A stretch of 61,841 nucleotides of DNA, counting the filler. It is 11 parts of 11 records of this genome, joined end to end, with 100 filler letters (N's around TTAATTAATTAA, not from the genome) between each part and the next. Parts side by side here need not be neighbours in the genome. Positions count along the whole stretch, not along the records: positions 42,577 to 46,102 come from SRR7504441_12808; positions 46,203 to 49,296 come from SRR7504441_12823; positions 49,397 to 61,841 come from SRR7504441_12831; 8 more parts are not named here. One strand, given 5' to 3'. Below the pieces are notes generated by a model. The model was given only the letters and a program-made list of their open reading frames with translations. It did no database searches and was not told the origin of the DNA. The translations under genes were made by a program, and so were the position numbers. Every line of letters starts with the position of its first letter. Within the stretch, counting starts at the first letter, position 1. Shown piece by piece: positions 43,435 to 55,076 of the stretch.

Positions 43435-46092
43435 ATGGCCCGAGCTGCTCTCGAGGCTTTGTGGTTGCTTTCCTCCTGGGCGCTGCTGGTCGGCGCCGGG
43501 CCTCCGCCGTGCGCCGTGTTCTGGGGCTCCACCCCGGCCCGGCCCAACGAGACGGCCATGCTAGCTGGAGCCCACTGGCCGGCGGGCGAGCTTGCCGTCG
43601 CCATCACCTCCAGCGATGGCCGCCGGGCCACCGTCCGTCCAGCCGCGGTCAGGCCCAGTGCCCTCATGTTCACCGTCCCGGCCGGGCTGGGACTCTCCCG
43701 GTACTCTGTGGCGGTCTGCGGCGGCGCCAACGGCAGCGACTGCTCAAACCGTCTGGACCTGAACGCGCCGGAGCCCTGGTGGCTGGCCGGCGACCGGGGC
43801 AACGGCTCGTCGGTTGGAGGCTGGCTCCGGCTGTTCGGGCGGGGGTTAGACTTTGGGGCCAACAGCAACGGCGATCGGGCGGCGCGGACGGCTGATCTCG
43901 AGCGTGAGATGAACCGGGCGCTCCAGTCGAGGGACGGGCCGGCGGTCGGACGGATCGGGGCGGCGCTGGGGGCGCTGATGACGGCAACCGAAGGCGGGGC
44001 CGAGCTGCGGCTGACGCCGGCTGGTGACGGAGCCCCGGTGGTGGTGAGGGCGGCCAACGGGAGCCAGTGGGAGGCGACTTTCATGCTCCCTGCTCACCTG
44101 GCAGCCGGCGAGTACAAGGTTGCAGTTAGGAACCAGCTAAGCGAGCAGTGGTCCGAGCTGGACTCGTTTGGCGGCCAGTGGGCCCCGCACATATCAACCG
44201 TGCAGATCATGCCGGCGCGGGTCCTGCAGACCACCATTGAAGTCGCTCGCTTCATGCCGCAATACGGTGTCCCGACTGCTGGGCTGAACTACACCACCGG
44301 TGCCCCAGTCAACGGCACGGCCCCGATCCGAGCGGCGCTGCGGGCGGCGAAAGCGGCCGGTGGCGGGGTGGTGCTGCTGCCGGTAGGCAAGCTATTTGTA
44401 GATGGGCCGCTCGAGATACCAGCCCGGACTGTGCTCAGAGGGCAGGGCCAAGCGCTGTCGGCCATCTATTTCATGGAAGACGGGATCGGCAGGCAGCTGG
44501 GCGGGCTGACGGCCCATGAGGGCGGGTCGCCCACGCCCGACCCTGGCTATTTGTATTGTAACTGCACGGACTGGTGGGGCTTGGAGAGTTTGTCAGTGTA
44601 TGTGACGCATTTCTCGAATTCTGTGGTGTTCGTCCAGCCGGGTGCCGTCGGGTTCTTCATGCGCCGGGTGCTCATTCGACAGGTGCCATACTTCTGCCTG
44701 GGATACACTGGGATTGTCCCGGGCGGTGGCAACGGCGTGGGCAAAGGCGCACCACCTCCGATTGGCAAGAGGGATGATGCCACCAGCGCAGCGCTCGAAG
44801 GACACGCCGGCCGAATCGCAAATTGGACCAGCGGTTCGCTCTCGATCGGTGCTGTGATAATGCTCGAAGGGGCCTCGAATCTCGAGATCACCGACTGCGA
44901 CATCACGTGCACCCAGTGGTGCATCAAGGCCGGCACCATCACCTGGCTGCCCCTAGGTGGCGATCCGCCGCTCGTCACTGCACCAGGCCCGCCGCCGCAC
45001 CACCTTTTGATCGCGCGGAATCTATTCCGAAACGCCGACGTTGGGATTGCGCTCGCCGGCGTGTCGCAGTCGATCGTCGAGCATAATCATTTCAAGGGTT
45101 CGGTGCTGGGCGGCGGAGCGCTGTATCCGTCTTCCACGCATCAGATATACTTTGGGCACAACAAGAATGAAAACCACTGGTCAGGTGACCGCGAGGCGAT
45201 GACCTTCGATGGAAACGGCGGCGGGGCGTACTTCGGGCCTGTGGCCAGCTCAGCTGCTGGGAGCAGGACGGTGCAGCTGCCAGCCGGGGCAGCTGGGGGC
45301 GGCGAGCTGTTCGTTGTGCTGAACGGGACTGGATTTGGGCAGATCTATACAGTAGACCGATACGATCCGGCCAGTCGTAGCTACACGCTGAGCGCACCTT
45401 TGGCGGTGGCGCTGTCTTCGGACAGCTACGTGCAGGTGCTGGCTTATCAAGGCAAGAGCATCTTCTTTGGGAATGGCTTTGAGGATAACGGGGCCTTCCA
45501 AGTCTACGGCTCTGGTGTGGAGCTTGTTGTAGCCGAGAACACGATGAGCCGGTCGGGCGGGTTCATGGGCTGGGGCCAGTGGTACGCCGACGCCAACAAC
45601 TCTCTCAGCTCAGTCGGAGTAGACATGCGGCAGCAGTGGCTCTCAAACGCTGTGCTGGACGAGACTGGCATCCGAAACTACATGGCCAGCGCCAAACACA
45701 CTGGTCCGGGCGCCCGGCTGCGGCCCGACAAGCCTGAAGCTCCGGCCGAGCAGTCTGTGGATGTGATGGGTTCGTTCCAGTTCAACGGATTCTCGTTCGG
45801 AGTAGAGGGCAGCTCGATGGCCAACAGGCCGGATGACGGTCCGCCGATTAACAGTTTCATGATCTGGAGGGACAACGTGGTCCGAAGCAACGGCGGGTTC
45901 AGCCTGGGCGCCGACGCTGTGATCACGCCCGGGCTGGCGGCCGGCGCTGGCCAGCCGCGGATGAGTGAAGTCGGTGAAGTGCTGCTCGAGCACAATCGGG
46001 TGGAGCAGAGCGCTGTGCCGTTTGCTAAAGGCCCCGGTGTCGAGGGTGTGCTGCTGCGAGGCAACTCGTTTGAGGATCGCTCATACTTGTAA
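43435..46092 (+). CDS. Secreted right-handed beta-helix protein (Pectate_lyase_3/GH55-like N-motif) with Ig-like N-region
   Basis: Signal peptide MARAALEALWLLSSWALLVGA (ATG 43435). TAPIRAALRAAKAAGGGVVLLPVG..LEIP..TVLRGQG and DREAMTFDG. Confidence 0.78.
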   Translation: MARAALEALWLLSSWALLVGAGPPPCAVFWGSTPARPNETAMLAGAHWPAGELAVAITSSDGRRATVRPAAVRPSALMFTVPAGLGLSRYSVAVCGGANGSDCSNRLDLNAPEPWWLAGDRGNGSSVGGWLRLFGRGLDFGANSNGDRAARTADLEREMNRALQSRDGPAVGRIGAALGALMTATEGGAELRLTPAGDGAPVVVRAANGSQWEATFMLPAHLAAGEYKVAVRNQLSEQWSELDSFGGQWAPHISTVQIMPARVLQTTIEVARFMPQYGVPTAGLNYTTGAPVNGTAPIRAALRAAKAAGGGVVLLPVGKLFVDGPLEIPARTVLRGQGQALSAIYFMEDGIGRQLGGLTAHEGGSPTPDPGYLYCNCTDWWGLESLSVYVTHFSNSVVFVQPGAVGFFMRRVLIRQVPYFCLGYTGIVPGGGNGVGKGAPPPIGKRDDATSAALEGHAGRIANWTSGSLSIGAVIMLEGASNLEITDCDITCTQWCIKAGTITWLPLGGDPPLVTAPGPPPHHLLIARNLFRNADVGIALAGVSQSIVEHNHFKGSVLGGGALYPSSTHQIYFGHNKNENHWSGDREAMTFDGNGGGAYFGPVASSAAGSRTVQLPAGAAGGGELFVVLNGTGFGQIYTVDRYDPASRSYTLSAPLAVALSSDSYVQVLAYQGKSIFFGNGFEDNGAFQVYGSGVELVVAENTMSRSGGFMGWGQWYADANNSLSSVGVDMRQQWLSNAVLDETGIRNYMASAKHTGPGARLRPDKPEAPAEQSVDVMGSFQFNGFSFGVEGSSMANRPDDGPPINSFMIWRDNVVRSNGGFSLGADAVITPGLAAGAGQPRMSEVGEVLLEHNRVEQSAVPFAKGPGVEGVLLRGNSFEDRSYL

Positions 46093-46366
46093 CGTTGCAC
46101 TGNNNNNNNNNNNNNNNNNNNNNNNNNNNNNNNNNNNNNNNNNNNNTTAATTAATTAANNNNNNNNNNNNNNNNNNNNNNNNNNNNNNNNNNNNNNNNNN
46201 NNAGGGCCCCGACTTTCTAATAAATGTACCTATATAGGGAGGGCGATGTCGCGTGTGCTCGTATATATAGCTGCAGATACAATGTACATGTCGATGGCCG
46301 ATTTTCCTTCGACAGCCATTAGTTGCCAACTGAACCATATGCATGCTCAAGCATTACTCGAGCATC

Positions 46367-48061
46367 TCAAGCTGCAGGTGAGGCCGTGAATTGCCGAAGA
46401 AGAGCCCTGGTGGCATCTTCATTAGACACGACACGGCCTTGCTGAATCGTCTGCTTGGCCAGTGGCACAGCCATCATGTTGTACATCATCGATTGCTCCT
46501 CGGTGAATCGCATTTCATTCTCTACACTGCGAGGGCCCTGCAAGCCGTCACTTAATTGCTCCAGATTGGCACACAGCTGCACCTGTGGCACAACTCCCGG
46601 TCTGCAGCTCCAGTGATCGAGCATTGCCACCATTTGGTTGGTCATGCCCTGCGTCCCGATGGTCAACGCCCCCCGGCACTCCACCTCCATCGCGCTATTC
46701 ACATCGCCCTCGTGATCCGTCACAATCTTGAGGAGCTGCCTCGTCAGTCCGCACACCTGCAGCCATGCGTTCACCCACGCGGCTCCCGCAGCTGTTGCCT
46801 TGTCGAATGAGCAGGCACGGAAGATTGCCTTGCCCACCGCCTCGTGCGCAAGAGCCATTGTGATCTGCCGGTTCCGTTAGCAGCAGTAGAGCGACAGTCA
46901 CACGTATCGCATAAGCACTCGGGCTACATTGTTGATGGCCATTCCCATGCCATGCACCACAGACCACAGCGCCTTCCGAGACAGAGCTATCATGTCATCC
47001 ATAAACGGCTCCCAGCCGCCAGCCATGAAGAAGGCGGCCGATCGTTCCATATCCGCAGAGCCAAACCCTAGATCCATCCCATTAGCTCAACACAGGCCGG
47101 ACAGCCCACCGCCGTCGGACCGGTGTCGGTCTCCGCGGAGCACTGTAGACACCACGAACTGCCCGAGCGAGTAGCCGCACCACTCGTGATGCCTCTCGGT
47201 GGACACCTCGTACGCCTCCTCCTGGAACATCGTGCAGACGGCCTGCCACAGCCCCACTGGCTCCACCCGCTCTGCAGCTGCACACAGCTCGTCGTCATCA
47301 GTCACAGGCGTGCCATCGAGTGGTGCCAGCCGGGCCGGTCCAGACTGGAGCAGCTGGTCTACGAGCGCAGCAGCCCGAGTCCGTAGCTGCTCCGATGGCT
47401 CCGCGGCGTCAGGGTACGCATAGAACCGAGCAACCGGCAGCTCACCACCCGCAGTGCTGTTGCTTGCGCCGGAGCCCCAGGTCCTGAGCATCTTGGCCAG
47501 CTCACCGTGCCCGTTGAGCTCGGCCATGCTCGCCGCGTCCATCCCGTCCGTGGTGGCCGACAGCTGGGCCGCGTCGTTCTTGAGCAACAGTAGCGCCGCC
47601 CGGCCCTCACCCATCATCGCTGCGGCCATCAGGCCCGTCATCCCGTCAGCCCCCGCCTGGTCCCGCGCCCCGCGCTCGAGCAGCAGCTCGAGCACCTCCA
47701 GGTGTGACCGGCCTTCCCCCAGCACTGCGAAGGCCACCGGGTTCAGCCCCGCCTCGTTCGCTGCATTCGGGTCAGCCCCGGCGTCCAAAAGCATCCGGCA
47801 CACGCCGGCGTGGCCCTTGATGGCAGCCCAGCACAGCCCAGTGCCGGTCACGTCGCGGGCATCCACATCGATCCCCGGCTCGCTGGCCAGCAGCCCAGCC
47901 ACCCCGGTGGCGTCCCCGGCGGCGGCCAGCCGTACCACCGCAGGCGCGTCGTCCCGCGGAGGAGCCACCACCACTTGCTCACTGCGGACGGAAGCGCTCG
48001 CCTGCGGCTTGGCCTTGGCCTTGGCCTTCTTTTTGCCCGCGTTCCGCGCCTTCTTACCCAT
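46367..48061 (-). CDS. Ankyrin-repeat protein with basic N-terminus and unknown helical C-domain, 2 introns
   Basis: GTGLCWAAIKGH..LLDAGADPN and GMTGLMAAAMMG. ORFs 47087..48061 and 46367..46858 are bridged by an exon reading FGSADMERSAAFFMAGGWEPF. Confidence 0.75.
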
Positions 48062-48184
48062 GCCCCGCGTTCCGCGCCTTCTTACCTACCCACCACCCGC
48101 GTTCCCGGGCCGGTGATCTCGAGTAACGGACTGACAGTAACGGAAGGCCGCTCGGCTTACGACGCGCCCTCCAGCCCTCTCAAC

Positions 48185-49182
48185 ATGGCAGAACCGGTCC
48201 TCGTATTAGATACATGTGTGACGCGAGCCAGTGGCGACGACTCCACTGGGCGCGCACCGCACTTCTTCTGGGCGTCTTCGGACGGGCTAAGTCTGGTGCT
48301 GCAGAAGCTCGATCCGGCCTGTGCAAGCTCATCCAGGTGAACCAGGCACTCAAGCAGAGCGGCCAGACCAGCTGCGCCTGGCCCCGGCTGTATGACGCCC
48401 GGTGGCACTGCCGGCTCGGGTGCGAGCAGCCGTCCCCGACCATCGACGACTTCCGCCGACGTCATGTCGCCGAGCAATGTCCGGGAGAGCGGAGCCCGTT
48501 CGGACCGCCTGACGACGCCGCTAACGAGACCTACGAGTTCCACCTGACGGTCAGGGAGCTTGAGACGAGCGTTGGAAACGCGCTCGTTTCAAGCTTCAAA
48601 GGCCGATCATGTTGGGGGCCGCAATGGGCCGCGCATGTGAGAGGATCGCCCTCGCACCTCGTGGCGGCCGGCCAGGCGCAGTTGGCACTCCGATGCACTG
48701 AAGATGCGTACACTAGCCTGACAATCAACAGTCAGGTCGAGCCCGATCGTGAGCAGCCCACTGGAGAAGCCAGCATGGAACCACGGCCCTATCTGTACGC
48801 AACGCTGATGTGCCGGCGCCAGTCCGATGGGGCTCTAGCTTGTCTGTTCGGCGACAAGTCACCAACTTCCGACTACCGCGACCACCAAGACACTCTGACT
48901 AAGTTCAGCGCAGAGTTTTCAATCCCTGTTGGGTTCTTCCGGCCTGGGGAGGAGGACTATGAAATAGTGTTCAGCGTCCATTGTGAGGTTTCTATTGTGC
49001 ACGATGATATACATGAGCCTATCGCGTATGAGTGGGACAAGTATACTTTGAGCTTCAAGAGACACGTTTTTGAAAGATGCACTGAAGATACTTACCAGGC
49101 TCCCTACGATGAAGTTGACAACATGGAATCGCAAAAGGAATTGCTATCAGCATTTTCGATGGCTCGCATCCAATGGAAGTGA
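48185..49182 (+). CDS. F-box-like protein with a frame break in the F-box; paralog of 12017..13240
   Basis: SDGLSLVLQKLDPA (frame of ATG 48185) continues as LCKLIQVNQAL..WPRLY in another frame. Shares the ATL..R..DG motif with the other F-box protein. Confidence 0.55.
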
Positions 49183-49396
49183 CCTAGAAGCACCGTTATG
49201 CTCAAGGTGTACGTGTGTTTCTACACAGCAATCGTGGTATCATCACGGTCACAATCATACGAGTACAAGTCATTATCCCTAAGCGAAACTAGCGGTNNNN
49301 NNNNNNNNNNNNNNNNNNNNNNNNNNNNNNNNNNNNNNNNTTAATTAATTAANNNNNNNNNNNNNNNNNNNNNNNNNNNNNNNNNNNNNNNNNNNN

Positions 49397-52300
49397 CCGG
49401 CACCGGGCAGGGGGACGAGCACACGGCGGTGGGCGAGGCGGCTGGGGCGGCGGAGGAGGTAGTAGAGGCAGTGGATGAGGAGGGCGCGGCGGAGGAGGCC
49501 GAGCAGCCGGAGGGTGCTGAGGAGTGGCTGGAGGGTGCTGAGGACGAACCGCTGGATCAGGAGGAGCTGCCCCAGGAGCCAGGGGAGGCTGGCGAGCCGA
49601 CGGAGGCCGGACAGGACCAGGCTGCGACAGCAGACGAAGACGCGGACGAGCCCCAGCCCGAGCCTGAACCCGAGGAGCCAGCGCCGGAGCAGGAGCCCGA
49701 GCCGGAGCCAGCGTCGGAGGAGGGGCAGCAGGAGCCTGCAGAGGCAGCGCTGGAGCCCGAGCTGGAGGCTGAAGCGGTCACTGAGTCAGAGGCGGCGCCG
49801 GAGCTGGAACCAGAGCCCGAGCTGGAGGTGGATGGGGAGCCAGCGACAGTAGCAGCGGCAGGGCAGGGTGCAGAGCCGGAGCCGATAGAGCAGGCCCTCC
49901 CCTCCGCCTCCCTTCCCCTCCGCCCGGCGGCGGAAGAGACGGCAGGAGACGAGCAGCTGAGCGGGCAGGAGGAAGAGGACGAGGAGGATGAGTATTTCGA
50001 GCTCGAGCCTGATGTGCCTGGTGCTACCAGCGCCGGTCAGTACGACGAGGAGGCGGAGGACTGGCAGGCACTCGCGGTGGCGGAGATGGACGAGGACTTT
50101 GGGGACGACAGCGACATGTTTATGGAGGAATCGGAGGCAGGGTCGAGCTCCGAAAGCGAGGACGACGACGAAGAGGCGCAAGTGGCGCTCACGTGTCAGA
50201 AGCTAGCCACTGCCAACAGGGCGCTCACCGGGCTGCTGTACAGCAAGCAGATGAAGGGGCATCGGGATACGAGCGCCCACCCGGAGCAGCCGTCCCGGAT
50301 TAGCCGGATCTATCATGCTCTGGTTGAATCAGGACTGGCGGAACAATGCGTCCGTATATCGTGCAGGGACGCGACAGTGCTGGTAGCTACCGGCCCGGCC
50401 GCGCGAGTCAGGCTTAGTGTGGCAGGAGCTGCAGACGTTGCATAGTGGTGAGCACGTGAGCTCGATGCTTGCGCTTGCTCAGTTGTCGGAGGAGGAACTC
50501 TTCAGGCTGGGCACGCGATACAACTCTGTGTACTTTAACCAGCTGACCACGCAATGCGCGCTACTCTCCGCGGGCTCTGTGATTGAAGCAACCTCGTGGG
50601 TGGCTGAGGGCAGAGTGAGCAACTCTGTGGCTGTCGTACGGCCACCGGGTCATCACGCTGAGGTGCCTGTGCTGAATGCCGACCGAGCTGACAACGGCTG
50701 GGGCAGTCGTGCTGCCCGATGGGGTTTTGTATCTTTGGGAATGTGGCGCTGGCAGCGCATGCAGCTAGGCACCAGATGGGCTGCCAGCGAGTGCTGATTG
50801 TCGACTGGGAGTGCGGCATTTAAGTAGAGCTGGTCTGAGCCGTGTGTGGCTGCAGCGTGCATCATGGGAACGGCACCCAGCGGATGTTTGAAGAAGATCC
50901 GTCGGTGCTTTACTTCTCTGCGCACAGGTTCGACCAAGGCACCTTCTACCCTGGAGGAGCCTATGGCGACTACACCAGCGTGGGGGTCGGGGAGGGCGAA
51001 GGGTACTCGATCAATGTCCCATGGCCGTGCGGTATGATGGGAGACCAGGAGTACTACCGTGCGTTTGAGCACGTCCTGATGCCCATAGCTCGAGAGTTTA
51101 AGCCCGACCTGGTGCTCATATCTGCTGGGTTTGACGCAGCGCGCGGCGATCCACTCGGCGGGTGCGACATCACTGCAGGTGGGTATGCCCAGCTCACCAA
51201 GATGCTGATGGATCTTGCTGGCGGCCGGATCGTGCTCGCTCTCGAAGGAGGCTACAACCTGAACTCGATATCGCAGTCAGTGGCGGCGTGCACGTCGGCT
51301 CTGCTCGGGCACGATGTGGGAGAGCTGGAGCGTGGGGCATGCCGACATGATGCGCAGCGCGTGATTGGACGGGTGCGCCATCATTTGTTGCCGTATTGGA
51401 AGTCGCTGATGCACTGGCCGTGCACGCTGGATGCGAGCCGGATGCCACAGCTGGCGGCGCCACTGGTGTCGCAGGTGCGCCACGTGTTTGTTTGGGGCTA
51501 TTGGGAGCTCCAGTTGCGAGGGCTGGTGCAGCTGGACTGGATGAACTCGTTATGCGAGGGAATGCAGCACGAGCCGGCCACTGTCAAGCAGGCCACCCTG
51601 CAGCTGCTTCATGCACAGCCGCACACTGTGCTTTTGGCGTCGGCAGCAGCCAAATCGTATCAACTGCAGGGGTTCCTGCTGTCGATGGAAGGCGACTCGA
51701 CTGAGGAGGAGTTCTATGAGAGGTTGACAGAGATAGACGGCGTGCAAGGATACCCTGGCTCGTGCCAGCGGATAGTCATCGTGGCAGAGTCGGCATCCTC
51801 TCAGACCACCCTCGCCTACCTGCACTACAACAGGTTTGCTCCTGCTGAAGCGCTCAAAGATGGCTCGATCGGAGGGCACTGCCTCTCTTCCGGAAGCTGG
51901 GCTTCGCATGTGGCTAGTATGCGACTTGAATCTGCCATCCGGTCCGGGAATCTTGGGGGCATGAAGGACGCTCTTAGTCAAGGCGCCGACCCTGACTTTG
52001 CTGACAGCGCCTCGTGCTCTCTGCTGCTAGTGTTGTCGCAGGCAAGCCGGCTAAGCGGTCCGCCAACTCGCCTGGAGGCGGTCAAGCTTCTGTTGTCTCA
52101 TAAGGCCAACCCTGGCCACGATACAAGGTGTACATTTGCCCCGTTGCACGTTGCAAGCTCTCGAGGTCACCTTGAGGTTGTGCGGGTTCTCCTTGAGGCC
52201 AGTGCCTCAGCCGATGTCACATCTGATGATGGTGTCACGCCACTGTGGCTGGCAGCCCTCAATGGGCACACAGCAGTTGTGCAGGCACTCGTGGCTGCAG

Positions 52301-52836
52301 GAGCCAGCGTGAATGCGGCAGCTTTAAATGGGAGCACTCCAGCACACGCTGCAGCAGCTGGTGGCCGGCTCAACACGCTCATCTTGCTGGGCGATCTAGG
52401 TGCAAGAATCGACACCCCAGGTGGGCGTGCACAACACGGCTGCTTGTCTGATTGTGGGCGTTGGCCAGGCCCAAATGGATGCACGCCGATTCATGTTGCA
52501 GCATCTAAAGGGTACCAGGCTGTGGTGGCAGCTCTGGCAAGGATGGGCGCGGACACGAGTGGTGAAGTCAGAGCGACCCAGGTAGGATTACCGAGGCAGA
52601 AGCGAAGGCTCGATGCAGATCAGGTTATAACGCACAGCCTGCGGATGCTGAGCCAATGCGCCTGTGCAGTTGGTAGAGGAGCTCAGTGGCCTATCGCAGC
52701 AAAGCTCCGAGCTACGTCAGCAGATGCTCCTGTGGCGCAAGATGCTCCAGAAAGCTCAACCGCAAGAGGACAAGGCAGGTCCGTAGCCACTCGTAAAGCA
52801 GCCGAATGGGAGATGTATCATCGTACGTATAAGTAG
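49397..52836 (+). CDS. Class II histone deacetylase (HDAC6/Hda1/Clr3-like) with acidic N-terminus, AIG2/GGCT-like domain and ankyrin repeats; 5' partial
   Basis: After removing short introns (e.g. 50383-50425): [53 protein letters not shown] and LEGGY. Ankyrins [10 protein letters not shown] and [13 protein letters not shown]. 3' end is uncertain. Confidence 0.9.
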
Positions 52837-52941
52837 CGCAATGTTACGACAGAATCGAATTGTGCAAAATTTCGATTGACCTGCTAGATGATCATTCTAA
52901 GCTTATAGTGTATAACAAAATCCCGAGTCTCGAACACGAGT

Positions 52942-53727
52942 TTAGATTGGAATGTCCTGGCGCATCACTTGCTCCTCCGACAAGCTCTCGATCTGACTCA
53001 TCCGCTCCCACCACATCGCCATCCTCTTGTCCTGAAAGAAGGCTTCGCAGCACGGCAGCTCTCCGATCTCAAACGAGAGTATCATGCCGTAGAGCGCTGC
53101 ATCCTCAATCCCTGGCGTATCTCCGTGATAATACTGTTGCTCGCCCAGCTTACTCCCAAACAGAGCACCGTACTGTGCGGAGGATAGCAGTTTCTCCGAG
53201 TACTTCTCGGCCTTCTCCTCGAATGTGCGCCTCATCTTCGGAGCGACGCAGCAGCAAACGCAGCACGCCAGGCATCCCAGCAAGCAGCCCGTGAAACAGC
53301 TCCGTTTACATATTCCCGTGCACGCGCAGCTGCATGTCGCCCCGCACGAGCCGGCTGTCTCGTGCTCCATTGCCAGCATAAGGCCGTAGGTGCTCAGTTC
53401 CTCAATCTCGAGCTCCAAAGGCGAGAGCGGCTCGCCTTGCAGGAGCGGGGCCAGCGCCTTGACCATCACGTAGCTGTCATTCACCTGAAGGTCGTTCAGG
53501 TCCAGAACCGGCATCTTCTGGTAGCTTGAGTTCGGCTTGGCTTTGAGAGTGTTGCTGTACTGCACTCCGTAGAATCCGAGCACAGCCCGGATCTTGGCGC
53601 ACGGCGGAGAGGCCCAGCTCCCGTACAGCACTACGCTCGTGAGCTCGTCCTGTGAGCTGAACGGCAGCTCGACATCCTCGTGCTCCCCGTTGGTGTCAGG
53701 ATGCTGGGAGCCGTCTTCGACTGACAT
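52942..53727 (-). CDS. GST-fold/glutaredoxin-like protein (mPGES-2-like) with a Cys-rich insert
   Basis: VVLYGSWASPPCAKIRAVL, YQKMPVL..QVNDSY and YHGDTPGIEDAALYG. Confidence 0.75.
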   Translation of the reverse strand: MSVEDGSQHPDTNGEHEDVELPFSSQDELTSVVLYGSWASPPCAKIRAVLGFYGVQYSNTLKAKPNSSYQKMPVLDLNDLQVNDSYVMVKALAPLLQGEPLSPLELEIEELSTYGLMLAMEHETAGSCGATCSCACTGICKRSCFTGCLLGCLACCVCCCVAPKMRRTFEEKAEKYSEKLLSSAQYGALFGSKLGEQQYYHGDTPGIEDAALYGMILSFEIGELPCCEAFFQDKRMAMWWERMSQIESLSEEQVMRQDIPI

Positions 53728-53783
53728 GCCTGGCCTGGGCTCGCAGGTGTTCCGTTGTGCCGTTATAAATTGACCGGAGAGCT

Positions 53784-54984
53784 ATGCTGTGCAGGTGTCC
53801 AATGGCCTGTTCATGTAGCTGGCCCTTTCGAGTCTGACGGGGCTGGCAGGTCAGCCTTTGCTCGGGGGCTGGTTCTGGTGCTGGCGGCCGGTCTGCCGTG
53901 TGCCCGGCCTCTCCCGAACATCACGCGACTCGGAACCTGGGACCTGGGCATAGTGGAGACCACGCCGGTGGTAGTCCAAGGCCGGTTGCTGCTCTACGTC
54001 AACTCGGCCGAGCAGCCCTGCAGCGACGCCAACGGCGGCTGCACTCCACGGGCGGACAAACAGATCGGCAACTCCCGGTTTATCGATGTGCTGACGGGCG
54101 AGACGGTAGGCGAGCCGTTCGGGGCGGGCGAGGGGCTGGGGTCCGCGCTGTACGAGCCCGAGACTGGCCTGATGCATGTCTTCGCGACCCTCTGCCAGCC
54201 GCCACCGTTCATCAAGGGCAAGAGCTGCACTGTGCAGGTGTACAGCAGTCCCGCGGCAACGCTGAGCAACTGGACCCGAACCACCGCCATCGACGCTGCC
54301 GACAAATGGAACGCCAAGCACAACACCACCCTGTGGAACACCAGCGTGGGCAAAGGAAAGGTCAACGGCACTGGAATGTACGTCATGGCCTTCGAAACTG
54401 ATTTAGACTACTGGACTACACGGTTTGCAGTGGCCCCGAGCCCGACCGGCCCATGGTCGGTGCTGGATGTCGAGTCGGTTTATATTAGCGACCCGACCCT
54501 CGAGACGGCGAACCCTACTCTCCGCTACAACAGTGTGGACGGGTACTGGTATTGCTTCACCGGTAGGAAGAGCCCGGATGCCTGGTTTTTCTTTATGGAG
54601 CTTTTCCGCGCCAGAGAGATCACAGGCCCGTGGCTGCCGGCACCGGGCATGGGCAACAAGAGCGCCGTGGGTATTCCAATGCTCGCACCAACAACCGCAG
54701 CGGAAGTGGCGGCGGACAGATCGCTGGTGCCGCAGGCGTGGAAGCGGGACAAGGCCCGTTACGACTTTGTGTCGTCGCTGCAGCCGTGGTGGGAGAGTTC
54801 GGATGACGTGAACAATTCGGATCTTGACCTTGTGGAGTATAACAACACAGACCCTACGCTTGGGCCAACAGGACCGATGGTCGTGATGACTTATTGTTGG
54901 GGTAGCCAGCACAGCAACAACGGGCTTGGGCTAGCTATTTCACCCGGGGTTACGTTGGATCAATTCATGTCAAGCTTCTTTTGA
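53784..54984 (+). CDS. Secreted beta-propeller glycosidase-like protein (GH32/43/130-like fold)
   Basis: ATG 53784 plus intron 53795-53849 gives MLCRSAFARGLVLVLAAG. ETTPVVVQGRL, WNTSV, YVMAFE, ANPTLRY and NNSDLDLVE. Confidence 0.6.
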
Positions 54985-55076
54985 GCACTAGGCCGGCATT
55001 GAAGTCACTACTAAGCAAAATATTAATCATAATGACTAACTGACTATAACTGACTAGTGAGCACTACTAAAGTCCG

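Noticed and set aside
8388-49396. Regularly repeated TTAATTAATTAA element resembling an array
   Set aside because: It is an artificial six-frame-stop linker inside N-runs. Gene neighbourhoods across it are meaningless.
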